Below the pieces are notes generated by a model. That model was not told the DNA's origin. It searched no databases and saw nothing but the letters and a program-made list of their open reading frames with translations. From Nannocystis bainbridge (GTDB lineage Bacteria; Myxococcota_A; Polyangia; Nannocystales; Nannocystaceae), in assembly GCF_028368995.1 (NCBI RefSeq), contig NZ_JAQNDL010000005.1, positions 576,001 through 640,000 on the forward strand: a DNA stretch of 64,000 nt, read 5' to 3'. Below, in pieces: positions 39,690 through 50,934 of the stretch; position 1 is the first letter of the stretch; each line of letters begins with the position of its first letter. Both the position numbers and the translations under genes were made by a program.

Positions 39690-41108
39690 TCACGCGGCCG
39701 AGGCCGGCGCGTGGCGGGCCAGCAGCGCCCGCCCGGCCGGCCCGATCACCGCGGTCATCGCCCGCCGGGCCACCGCCATCCGCCCGGCCGCGCCCAGGCG
39801 CCCGTGCGCGAGCATCCTTTCGGACATGTCCTTTTCGACATGTCCCAGCGACCTCCCGACGCCCACCTCCGCGGCCGCCAGCGCCGCCGCGCAGGCCGCG
39901 TAAACCGCCGGACCGCCGCGCTCCAGCGCCCACGCCACGAACCGCCAGGCCAGCTCCGCGTGGCGCAGCTCGTCGGCGGCGATCCGGGCCAGCGCCGCGC
40001 GCACTGCTGGATCCTCCGCCCGCGCCAGCGCGGCCTCGGCCTGCAGGGCGGCGAACGTCTCGCCGATGCAGCCCTCGCGCAGCGTCGCCACCGTCACCGT
40101 CACCAGGTCGTCCGCGCCCGTCAGCGCCCCCGCCAGCGGCAGCGGCGACGGCCCCCGCGGCTCGCCGCCGTACGCCCCCGCCAACCCGAAGCACAGCCGC
40201 GCGTGCGCGACCTCGTCGGCCATCGCCTGCTGCGCCGCCTCGACCAGGCTCGCCGGGGCCCCGAGCGCCAGCAGCTGCAGCGCGAAGCGGGCGAACGCGG
40301 CCACCGACGCGTGCTCGGCCAGCCCGTCCTCGAGCCACCCGGCCGCCAGCGCCGCCCGCTCGCCCGCCGACAGCCCGGCCAGCGCCGGCGCCACCGCCGA
40401 GCCCCAGTCGTCGCGCGCCAGCGGCCGCGCCGTGCGAGCTGTCTCTTCGACCAGGAAGGGCCGCCCGCAGCAGCTCGACTGCCACGAGACATTCACGCAG
40501 CACTGCCCGCGCTGCTCGAACGGCGGCGAGATCGAGGCCGGCCACAGACCGCAGTCTTCGAAGACCGGGACCTCGACCCCCGCGCACGCCCCGCTGTCGC
40601 CCATCGTGTCGCCCGTCGTGTCCCCCGTCGTCGAGTCCGCGCCGGTCGTGCCGGTCGTGTCCCCCGTCGTCGTGTCCCCGGTCGTCTCGCCCGTCGTCTC
40701 GCCCGGCAGCTCGGTGCATTCGACGGTGTCGAAGTGGTCGATCGGGCAATCCGGCGTCTCCGACGTATCGCTCGACTGCGACGTCGCCACGGTCGGATCG
40801 GTCGGATCGGTCGCCGACTCGGAGGTCTCCGGCTCCGGCGCCGTCGTCGGCTCCGTCTCCGTGATCGTCCCCGGCAGCGGCTCCGTGCTCGTCCCCGGCC
40901 CCGGGGCCGTGCTCGTCGTCGTCCCGTCGCCGGTGCTCGCCGTCGTCCCGTCGCCCGTGCTCGTCATGCCCGACGCCGAGCCCTCGGTCGCGGCGACCGG
41001 GCGCTCCGTGCACGCGCCCGCCAGCACCAGCGGCGCCATTCCGGCGGCCCGCAGCAGCACCGCCAACACCTCGGCCTCACGCAGCTTGAGAAAATCGAAG
41101 TTAGTCAT
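39690..41108 (-). CDS. Ferritin-like (di-iron) domain lipoprotein
   Basis: LAGAC lipobox, Thr-rich linker, CCGRPF, EHASVAAF, DEVAH, EGCIGET, DELRH. Confidence 0.85.
   Translation of the reverse strand: MTNFDFLKLREAEVLAVLLRAAGMAPLVLAGACTERPVAATEGSASGMTSTGDGTTASTGDGTTTSTAPGPGTSTEPLPGTITETEPTTAPEPETSESATDPTDPTVATSQSSDTSETPDCPIDHFDTVECTELPGETTGETTGDTTTGDTTGTTGADSTTGDTTGDTMGDSGACAGVEVPVFEDCGLWPASISPPFEQRGQCCVNVSWQSSCCGRPFLVEETARTARPLARDDWGSAVAPALAGLSAGERAALAAGWLEDGLAEHASVAAFARFALQLLALGAPASLVEAAQQAMADEVAHARLCFGLAGAYGGEPRGPSPLPLAGALTGADDLVTVTVATLREGCIGETFAALQAEAALARAEDPAVRAALARIAADELRHAELAWRFVAWALERGGPAVYAACAAALAAAEVGVGRSLGHVEKDMSERMLAHGRLGAAGRMAVARRAMTAVIGPAGRALLARHAPASAA
39823..39844. repeat. Intragenic GACATGTC array (2 perfect units)
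   Basis: gacatgtc-cttttc-gacatgtc inside the ferritin-like CDS. Confidence 0.85.
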
Positions 41109-41168
41109 TTCGCCTGCATACCACGGTGCCTCCCGGTGAGACAGACCCCGGCCGACGGGCGCTCTCGC

Positions 41169-41190
41169 CATATGTCCATGAAGACATGTC
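41169..41190. repeat. 14-bp-period array (2 units)
   Basis: catatgtc-catgaa-gacatgtc. Confidence 0.85.
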
Positions 41191-41445
41191 CCATCGACCA
41201 CTTTGCGTCATGCCCTGGGGGCCATCGTCCCCTCTGCACCTGCGCACCCGGCCGTGATCTCGCAGGACACGAACCTCGACCCGGAGGCGATCGCTCCGCG
41301 CAAGGTCGTGGCTCCGGTCGAGTCGATCGACCACGACGGACGCCACCCCCACCGCACCGACGACGGGCGCGGCTCAAAGCTGACCACCGACGCCACCATC
41401 GCGGCAGCGGCAGCATACACCGCGTCGCCGCACCTGGCTCAACGA

Positions 41446-41490
41446 TAAATGACCGAAGGGACATGTTCTCTCGAACATGTCCCTTCGGTC
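41446..41490. repeat. 14-bp-period array forming a perfect 18-bp inverted repeat
   Basis: gaccgaagggacatgttc-tctc-gaacatgtcccttcggtc (41451-41490), 33 bp downstream of the minus-strand stop at 41523. Confidence 0.9.
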
Positions 41491-41522
41491 CACTCACGAC
41501 ACGCGCCGTTCGGCGCGTCGGC

Positions 41523-43280
<1,758 letters not shown>

Positions 43281-43759
43281 GTCGGCAGCGCGCTCGGGTG
43301 GTGCACACGATCGCGCGTCGAAATCGCACCGTACCGCACAGGATCTGCGGGGGTCTCTGCCCCCGGGAGACGAGACTCACGACGACACCGGCCCCGCGGG
43401 CCGTGACGATTCGCGTGATCGCGCAGGGAGTGGGTCGACGGATTCCGCGGCAGGTGGCCGCCCTTCGCCCCCCACGCGGCGAACGACGGCCTGGTCTCCT
43501 GCCCCTGATTCCATACGATCATGGAAACCCTGAATCACACTACCGGCGCCCGACCCGCGTCGGCGTCCGGATCTGCCATGTGAGAATTTTCGGCCCCAGC
43601 GACCAATCGCGCGATCCCCGTCGGTCACGGCCCCGCGAAAGCGAGCCGACGCTCGCGCGGCAGCGAGCTCGGATGCCGCGCGAGGCTCGCTCGCGGTGTG
43701 ATCATTCCGGTCGCTGGCGACGAGCGACGATTCGCCGCCTCATCGCGCGAGCGACGGGC

Positions 43760-44287
43760 CTACGGCGTCTGGCACAGGTTCCACTCGGTGTTGACGCACA
43801 GCTTGCCGCCGTTCATCCCGGGGTTGGTCGCCTGCACGTCCTGGCACACCCAGTTGCTGCCCTCGATGCAGGCCTCGCCGACCTGCTTCTCGCCGCTCGA
43901 GCAGGCGGCGATGCAGATGCACTCCCCGGTGCCGAAGGTGATCGCCGTGCCGTCGGCGCAGTTCTTGGGCACGTTGGGATCGTCGCAGGCCTGGCCGAGC
44001 GTGGGGTCGCCGCTGAAGGGCGTCGAGCTGATCGAGAAATCGCCGTAGCAGGCCTCGCCGCCGGTCGACGTCGGCGTCCCGCCGCTGGGGTCGTTGGTGG
44101 CGCCGGTCGTGTCGCCGGTCGGATTCCCGCTCGGATCGCCGCTGGGATTGCCGCTCGGGCCCCCGCCGGTCTCGCTGTCCTCGCTGGTGGCGGTGGTCGA
44201 GTCGTCCGGTTCACCGCAGGCGGGCGCGAGCAGCAGCGCGGCGAGGGTCGTGAGGCGGAGGACGTTGGAGCTGTAGATCGTGGACAT
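43760..44287 (-). CDS. Small Cys-rich lipoprotein
   Basis: APAC lipobox, GNPS/GDPS linker repeats, Cys-rich C-terminus. Confidence 0.8.
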   Translation of the reverse strand: MSTIYSSNVLRLTTLAALLLAPACGEPDDSTTATSEDSETGGGPSGNPSGDPSGNPTGDTTGATNDPSGGTPTSTGGEACYGDFSISSTPFSGDPTLGQACDDPNVPKNCADGTAITFGTGECICIAACSSGEKQVGEACIEGSNWVCQDVQATNPGMNGGKLCVNTEWNLCQTP

Positions 44288-44616
44288 GGGTCGGTCTCGC
44301 TTCCGAGATGCCGGCCGAATCGCGCTGTCGCAGCCGTCGCACGACTTCGACGTTGCGCCAGCTCACATGCCCGCCCGAGCGCTCGCGCGCTGCCAACGGG
44401 AGCGAAGCGCAGCCCATGCGGCCGAAGCTGGCCCTCTGCGATCCACGGTGAACCCGGCGTCGATCGATCGCCGCATCGACCTCGACAGGCTCCCACGCCC
44501 GCCGCGCCAGCGAGGCCGCGCGCAAACTTGCCCCGCACGCATGCAGAAGTGCCCCCCGGTGCGTCCCGGCGCCGCACCCCGGCTCTTCCCCAGAGGCCCG
44601 TGCTACCGTCCTCCGC

Positions 44617-44928
44617 ATGGCCGCCCCGCCCTGCATGCACTGCACCCGCTGCGAGCGCGACGTGGCGGTCGAGTACCAGAACTCCGCCACCGCGCGGCGC
44701 TGGTGGCGGCTCTACTTCCTGATCCCCATCTTCTTGCTGCCCGCCTCGCCGATGCTCGCCTCCGACTTCGTCGTCTGCTTGCCGCTGATGATGTCGTACA
44801 TGGTCGGCATGGGCCCCGTGCTGGCCATCGTGCGCGAGGTGCCCACCTGCGCCGAATGTGGCGCGCTGATCCTGGCCGCGGAACAGAGCCACACCGCCGC
44901 GCGTACACGCGCGCCATGCGTGCCCTGA
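44617..44928 (+). CDS. Small membrane protein with split Zn-ribbon (LITAF-like layout)
   Basis: CTRC, hydrophobic hairpin, CAECG; TACCGT 7 nt before ATG. Confidence 0.65.
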   Translation: MAAPPCMHCTRCERDVAVEYQNSATARRWWRLYFLIPIFLLPASPMLASDFVVCLPLMMSYMVGMGPVLAIVREVPTCAECGALILAAEQSHTAARTRAPCVP

Positions 44929-45788
44929 TCTTCGTCCTCGCGCTCGTCGCCTGCCGCGGCGGCCACGACACACGCGCCGCGTCCGCACCCGATCGCCCGC
45001 GAGACGCCATCGCCCTCACCTACCTCGGCGTCGCCGGCTGGCAGCTCGACGCCGGGCCCGTCACGCTCCTCGTCGACCCTTACTATTCGCGGCCCGACCT
45101 CGACGGCCCGATCGTCCCCGACCCCGCGGCCATCGCCGCCCACGCGCCCCCGCGCGCCGACGCGATCGTCATCGGCCACTCGCACGTCGATCACGTCCTC
45201 GACGCCCCGGCCGTCGCCGCTGCCACCGGCGCCCGGCTGATCGGCAGCGAGAGCACCGCCCGCCTCGCGCGCGCCAGCGGCCTGCCTGCCACCCAGATCG
45301 TCGCCGTCCGCGGCCGCGAGCGGATCGCCGGCGACGGCTGGTCGGTGCAGGTCCTGCCGAGCCTCCACTCGAAGATCGGCGACGAGCACCTCGGCGGCCA
45401 GATCGCCGCCGAGCCGCAGCTGCCCATGCGATTCGCCGAATACGCCGAGGGCGGCACCTTCGCCTATCTGGTCGAGGTCGCCGGCCGCCGCGTGCTGTTC
45501 CTCGGCACCGCCAACTTCATCGAGGCCGAGCTCACCGGCCTGCGCCCCGACATCGCAGTCATCGCCACCGGCCTGCGCGAGAAGGTCGACGATTACACCT
45601 GTCGCCTGCTGCGCGCCCTGGGCCGCCCGCCCCTCGTCTACACCAATCACTTCGACGACTGGCGCGGCCCGCCCGTCGACGCCCCGCTCGACGAAGACCT
45701 CTCGGCCTTCGTCGCCGAGGTCGAGCGCTGCGCACCCGGCACCCGCGTGGTCGTCCCGCGCCATTTCGAGCGCATAGAATCGCCGTGA
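44916..45788 (+). CDS. MBL-fold metallo-hydrolase lipoprotein
   Basis: LVAC lipobox, LVDPY, HSHVDH, NHFDD. Confidence 0.88.
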   Translation: MRALIFVLALVACRGGHDTRAASAPDRPRDAIALTYLGVAGWQLDAGPVTLLVDPYYSRPDLDGPIVPDPAAIAAHAPPRADAIVIGHSHVDHVLDAPAVAAATGARLIGSESTARLARASGLPATQIVAVRGRERIAGDGWSVQVLPSLHSKIGDEHLGGQIAAEPQLPMRFAEYAEGGTFAYLVEVAGRRVLFLGTANFIEAELTGLRPDIAVIATGLREKVDDYTCRLLRALGRPPLVYTNHFDDWRGPPVDAPLDEDLSAFVAEVERCAPGTRVVVPRHFERIESP

Positions 45789-45874
45789 CGTCCCCGCCCG
45801 ATGGTCGGTCGGTGTCGACCTTCTTCGCCATCTGCCGCACCCCACCCGAGTCGCGCACGTCGTACCATTCGACC

Positions 45875-46510
45875 GTGGCGACGCTCAAGACCCTCCAGCA
45901 TCTCACCATCGCCGCGGGGTTGCTGACAGGCTGCGGCGAGCGAAGCGGCTCGACGACGGACGCGGGTGATGCGATGTCATCGGCGAGCGCGACAGCGATG
46001 GAGGCCAGCACGACGACGACGACCGGTATGCTCCCGGACACCACCGCGGGGGTCACCACGACCGCTGTCACTGGGTCCGAGGACGGCTGCCTCGGCGACG
46101 CCGATTGCGCCCCCGATCAGTGTGTCGGGCCGACCGACGAGGTGTGCCCTCAGTGCCTTCCCACGGCGCTGCAGTGCGCCCATGACCTCGATTGCGCGCC
46201 CGGTGACGTGTGCATCGAGTTCCCGGAGCCGTGCTCATGTGACACCCCGTTCACCACGATATGCTCTCCCCCCTGCAACACGTCAGCCGACTGCGAAGCT
46301 GGCGGCGTGTGCGATCTCGGGAGCAAGCACTGCCTGTACGACCCCTGCGTCGGCGATGAGGACTGCCCTCCCCTGTTTGCCTGCGTCCCTGGGCTCGGCG
46401 GCGATGCCTGCCGCCGCCGCCGCTGTGACTCCGACGCCGACTGCGGGGACGCCATCTGCATCGACGGGCTCTGCCACGCCGCGCCGGGCACGTGCATCCC
46501 GGAGGTTTGA
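45875..46510 (+). CDS. Cys-rich repeat lipoprotein (C..D.DC repeats)
   Basis: LTGC lipobox; repeated CxxDxDC..G..C; TACCAT 6 nt before GTG. Confidence 0.75.
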   Translation: MATLKTLQHLTIAAGLLTGCGERSGSTTDAGDAMSSASATAMEASTTTTTGMLPDTTAGVTTTAVTGSEDGCLGDADCAPDQCVGPTDEVCPQCLPTALQCAHDLDCAPGDVCIEFPEPCSCDTPFTTICSPPCNTSADCEAGGVCDLGSKHCLYDPCVGDEDCPPLFACVPGLGGDACRRRRCDSDADCGDAICIDGLCHAAPGTCIPEV

Positions 46511-46657
46511 CGACCGCGGGCGAGCTCCCGGGCCTGAACGTGGTGCTCCGCGCCGTCCAGGGCTCGTCGCTGCACAGCCTGCCGCGGGATCCTTCACGGA
46601 GGACGGGACGCGTCGACTTCCAGGTCGCCCCTCGACCGAGAGGGAGCCTGTGCCGGG

Positions 46658-47617
46658 CTAGATCTTGGAGGCGTCCTTGCGGGACAGCAGGGTTCCGTGG
46701 AGGAGCATGTGCCGGATGAACTCTGCCTCGCGAAGCTGGGTGTTTGCCTTCTCGGCAAATCGGTTCCGGAGCTCACCGGGTCCGCTCGCGCTGAGTCGGC
46801 TGCTGAGCGCCGCGCTCTCCTCAAGTGCTCGGACCGCCGCCCACAGCGCTCGCTCCATCTCTTCGCTTTGTTGCTGGACGAGGCCCTCGAGCGAGAATGT
46901 GTGGCCGACGTGGCACCGGAAGTGCTGGAACACCTCTGTCCGGGCCTCGGTGAGCACTCCCTGGCAGAGTGGGCAGGCGAGCTCGGCCGGGGCACCGGGC
47001 TCCGTGCCCTCGAGCTGCCTGACGAACTTCCCGGGAAGGTCCTCCGATGCCGCCGGCGTGGCCGCCAGACGTGTCAGAAGATCCGCCAGCTCAGGTGGAG
47101 TCGCCACGTGATCGATCTGGACCTTGCGGATGACGCTGCTCGGCATGTCGGCGGCTTTGGCGGTCTCGGGGGCCTGAACCACGCTCAGACCGCCGCGCGC
47201 CTTGATCGACATCATCCCGGCCGTCCCGCAGTCCAGGTAACCCGAGAGCACGACACCGATGACGCGAGACCCGTAGGCCGTGGACGCTGTGCGGAAGAGG
47301 GCATCGACGGCCGGTCGGTGGTTATTCTCTTTGGGCCCACGCACGACCTCCATGGAGCCGTGTCGTACGAGCAGATGATTGTCGGGTGGCGCGACGTAGA
47401 TGCGCGCAGGTACGATTCGCTCGTTGTGCTCGGGGTGTCTCGCCGAAAGCCGACCACGATTATTCAGGAGCTCGGGTAGTACGCTCTTTTGGTCGGGTTG
47501 CGTGTGGATAGCGACAAAGATCGATGCCGGGAGGTCGGCCGGCAATCCGGCGACAAGGCCCATGAGAACGTCCAGGGAGCCAGCGGAGCCTCCGATCACG
47601 ATGACATCATGGTTCAC
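46658..47617 (-). CDS. Stand-alone CheB methylesterase-domain protein with C-terminal Cys/His domain
   Basis: IGGSAG, IH, RPAVDALFR, DMP; C-terminal CPLCQG...FRCHVGH; no receiver domain. Confidence 0.88.
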   Translation of the reverse strand: MNHDVIVIGGSAGSLDVLMGLVAGLPADLPASIFVAIHTQPDQKSVLPELLNNRGRLSARHPEHNERIVPARIYVAPPDNHLLVRHGSMEVVRGPKENNHRPAVDALFRTASTAYGSRVIGVVLSGYLDCGTAGMMSIKARGGLSVVQAPETAKAADMPSSVIRKVQIDHVATPPELADLLTRLAATPAASEDLPGKFVRQLEGTEPGAPAELACPLCQGVLTEARTEVFQHFRCHVGHTFSLEGLVQQQSEEMERALWAAVRALEESAALSSRLSASGPGELRNRFAEKANTQLREAEFIRHMLLHGTLLSRKDASKI

Positions 47618-48008
47618 CGGGCCAGTATGGATCTCGACCCGGGAACAGCCAGCCGCCGTCACCGGTGCACGGAAATGCGCATTTTGCGCCACCTGTCGTT
47701 CCATCGCGGCGTCGGGCGGGCAAGCGGCGCCGATCATCAGCCTCGCCCGCCTGAGGGCAGAGCGCGTGCATCGCGGCGACGCCGCACCGTGAACGGAGAT
47801 TGCCCCGAAAAGTGGATACCTTGCTCAGGCCGCTCGAGTCCGCGCCTGATGCGCGTAGAGGCTCTCCTCGTGGGCGATCGGGGTCGAGCCGGGACGGCTG
47901 TTCAGCCGAGCCCGCCGCATGGAATCGGGCGACCGCCGCGGGCATGCTGGCCGCATGTCGTGGATCTGCCGTCTGCATATTGACTGCGAGCGTGAAGCCA
48001 GCCGGGCG

Positions 48009-48245
48009 TCAGATGTAAGGGTCGAGATCGAAGTACTCGTGGTCTTCGTTCGAGCCGCCCTCGCCTTCGCCCAGGGTCTTCTCGGAAGCGACGAGCTCGA
48101 TGCGCTCGATCCACTTGACCATCTTGAAACCCAGCTGATTCTCGGCGCGAAGCCGCAGCGGTGCGCCATAGACTGCAGACAAGGGTTCACCGATCGCGTC
48201 TTCGATGGTCTGCGTGTCGTAGTACGTCCCGCCGGCCCCGCCGCT
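48009..48245 (-). pseudogene. C-terminal remnant of a molybdopterin-dependent (sulfite-oxidase/MsrP-like) oxidoreductase
   Basis: YYD...GEPL...YGAPLRLRAENQLGFKMVKWIERIE...GG.NEDHEYF; N-terminus absent; overlaps the 3' end of the S41 gene. Confidence 0.7.
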
Positions 48246-49872
48246 CCAGCCCATCCAGATACGCATAAGCCCGCTCGAGCAGCACCCCATGGTAATGCTC
48301 ATAGTTCCCCGCCGTCAGCGGCACCCGCTCGGCGACCTGCGCCGGGTTCCCCTCGAGCACCTCTCCGTTCGGGCGGATCGTCTGCCCGATCGACCACATG
48401 AACTCCACCAGCGGCTGGTCCGTGCCTGGCATCGTCAGCACCTCCGACCACTCCCACGTATTGCTGAACCCGCCTGTCGGCATCCCGATCGTGTGGCCCA
48501 GCGCGTTGTCGACGATCGTCGCCGCGAACTGGTCCAGGTGTGAGCCGCCGCCCGGGCCGAACAGGCACACCAGCGGCCCCGAGAAATGCACCGGCGCCGG
48601 CTGCAGCAGCCCGTCCGAATCGGCGGGCAGGTGCGCCAGCTTGAACGGTACCGCCTCGCTGAAGCTGCGGCCCGCCTGCAGCGCCGGGATCACCGAGCCC
48701 TCGAGCCACGCCAGCAGTCGGACCCCGCCGTCTTCGCTCTCGAACACCCCTGCGTCGCTCGGCCCACCTGCGACCACCTCCGCCCGCTTCTGCGCCACGA
48801 ATGGCACCACCACATCGCTCAGGCGCAGGTTGCCCAGCGTCGTCTTGAACGGTCGGCTCGTCATCCGCTGGATCGCGTAGCCTCCGAGCGAGCCCCCGCG
48901 CGAGCCGGTCGCGTCGACCACCAGCGCGTGCCCCAGCAGCCGCTCCGCCTGCGCGTAGGCCATCAGCCGCTCGACATCTGCCACCAGCGTGCGGCGGAAC
49001 CCCAGCCAGCGCAGCAGCACCAGCTTGCGCCCGTCCGTCGGTCGCAGCAGCTCGTACGTCTCGGTCGCGAACTCGAGCCGCATGCCCGGGTACTCCGGCC
49101 GCTGCGGCCTCTCCCAGCGTATCTCCTCCGGGGGTAGCCACGGCAGCGTCACCTCGTAGACCGCCCCGTCGGCCGCCTGCAGCCCGTACCGCACCTGCGC
49201 CGCGAAATGCTCGGGCGGCAGCAGCCCGCTGCGCACGTGCAGCTGCGCCGACACGTGCCACCAAAAATTCTCGCGCGTCGAATAGGGGTAGTACGGCTCG
49301 ACCCCCGCCACGTACTCCACCAGCGGCCGCCCGTCGATCGCCACCACCCGGTCGCCGCGCCGTGGCGCCCGCAGCTCCGCGTGCGCCGCGAAGAACGAAG
49401 CGTCGAGGTCGGCCACGAACACCGACAATTCGGACCCCCCATAATCGGTAGCGAACCGCAGCGGCGCCTCGGCCTTCGCCTCCCAGCCTGGCACTCGCAA
49501 CCCGCCCTCGACCGGACGGACCTTGAGGTGACGGTCCTTGCGCGCGTTGCTGATCTTCACCAGCGCGTAGAACAGCTCGACCTCCGTCCTCGCCGCCAGC
49601 AGCGCCGGCGCGAACGCCTCCATGTTCGCCCGCACGTCGAGCTCGAGCCGCTCGTTCTTGACCGGCGAGAACGCCTCGCGCCGGGCCGTCTTGTCCCAGA
49701 TCTCGGCGAACAGGCGCGCCCGCTGCTCCGCGGTCCCGAGCGGCGCCGTCGCGGCCGTGGGCGCGCTCGCGAGCGCAGGCGCTGTCGGCGTCACGGTCGC
49801 GGTCCTGTCAGGCTTGCACGCCGGCGTCACGAGGCCGAGGACGATCGCCGCGGCGGCAGGAAATCGCGTCAT
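48187..49872 (-). CDS. S41-family peptidase-like lipoprotein with PDZ domain
   Basis: TPAC lipobox; GDRVVAIDG PDZ; DATGSRGG, GSHLDQF, IGMPTGG. Confidence 0.78.
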   Translation of the reverse strand: MTRFPAAAAIVLGLVTPACKPDRTATVTPTAPALASAPTAATAPLGTAEQRARLFAEIWDKTARREAFSPVKNERLELDVRANMEAFAPALLAARTEVELFYALVKISNARKDRHLKVRPVEGGLRVPGWEAKAEAPLRFATDYGGSELSVFVADLDASFFAAHAELRAPRRGDRVVAIDGRPLVEYVAGVEPYYPYSTRENFWWHVSAQLHVRSGLLPPEHFAAQVRYGLQAADGAVYEVTLPWLPPEEIRWERPQRPEYPGMRLEFATETYELLRPTDGRKLVLLRWLGFRRTLVADVERLMAYAQAERLLGHALVVDATGSRGGSLGGYAIQRMTSRPFKTTLGNLRLSDVVVPFVAQKRAEVVAGGPSDAGVFESEDGGVRLLAWLEGSVIPALQAGRSFSEAVPFKLAHLPADSDGLLQPAPVHFSGPLVCLFGPGGGSHLDQFAATIVDNALGHTIGMPTGGFSNTWEWSEVLTMPGTDQPLVEFMWSIGQTIRPNGEVLEGNPAQVAERVPLTAGNYEHYHGVLLERAYAYLDGLERRGRRDVLRHADHRRRDR

Positions 49873-50261
49873 GGCGCGGGCGAGGATAAGCCGAACGAGC
49901 GGCCGACCGCGCGCCCGCGCAACATCCGCCATGCACACCAATGTCCGCAATCCTGGCCCAGCCCGATCCACCGGCGGCCCGGCCGCCGCCTCTTGCTGCC
50001 CGCAGACACAATATCATGAGTGCAGCCGCCGGCGTCGCATTCGCGCCCCCGTGTCGCCCCACGAGCGAGATCTCGCCACCCTGCGCAGCCCGTCGAAGCA
50101 CCGCGACTTCGATCGCGCGATTCACCTTCGAAGCAACCCCGACACCCCCCCCAGCGATTCACCCACTCGCAGCCCACTGGCACCACACGACCCCTCCACC
50201 CACCAAAGCATCAGCCGTATCTCCATCGGCTTCCGCCACCCGGCGTGATACCGTCTCACCC

Positions 50262-50840
50262 GTGACCGACCCGACCGACGGCCCTGGCATCCTCCTCGTC
50301 CCTCGCGCCGCCCAGCCGCGCGTGCGCTGGAAGAACGACGGCGGCTGGACCACCGAGCTGGCCGTGCGGCCCGAGGGCGCCGGTGAATTCGACTGGCGCG
50401 TCAGCATCGCCGAGGTCGACGCCGACTGCCGCTTCTCGCACTTTCCTGGCATCGACCGCAGCATCCTCGTGCTCGCCGGCCCCGGCTTCGATCTCCGCGT
50501 CGACGGCGAGCCTCTCGCGCAGCTGCGCCTCGGCGACCCCGCCCACCCCTTCTCCGGCGATCGCGGGGCCGCCTGCGACCTCGTCGGCGGCCCCACCCGC
50601 GACTTCAACGTCATGACCCGCCGCGGCCGCGTCCGTCACACGCTCACCCGCACCCGCGCTGCCACCCTCGAGCATCGCCCCGGCCTGACCTGGCTCGTTT
50701 ACGTCGAAGGCGGCGACACCCTCGTCGCCGGCGTCCGGGCGACCGCCGGCGACTGCGTAATCTTGGAACATGTCCCCGAGGACACCTTCCCCGTCACCCT
50801 CGCCGGCGACCTCGTCCTCGTCCGCCTCGAGTATCTATGA
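50262..50840 (+). CDS. HutD/Ves family protein
   Basis: WKNDGGWTTE, FDWRVSIA, FSHFPGIDR, DFNVMTRR; TACCGT 7 nt before GTG. Confidence 0.9.
   Translation: MTDPTDGPGILLVPRAAQPRVRWKNDGGWTTELAVRPEGAGEFDWRVSIAEVDADCRFSHFPGIDRSILVLAGPGFDLRVDGEPLAQLRLGDPAHPFSGDRGAACDLVGGPTRDFNVMTRRGRVRHTLTRTRAATLEHRPGLTWLVYVEGGDTLVAGVRATAGDCVILEHVPEDTFPVTLAGDLVLVRLEYL
50767..50788. repeat. Intragenic 14-bp-period site
   Basis: aacatgtc-cccgag-gacacctt near the 3' end of the HutD CDS, preceded by AT-rich codons (gta atc ttg gaa cat). Confidence 0.7.
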
Positions 50841-50934
50841 TCGGTCACACCATCACTCCGCGTGTCCTGCCGCGTCGACGGCGATGCGTGGAGCCCCGAT
50901 GGTGAACACCTCACCGCCGTGCGACACGCATCGT

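Noticed and set aside
41203-41448. 81-aa ORF between two motif arrays
   Set aside because: TTG start, no RBS and no recognisable motif; could be a gene relic but cannot be supported
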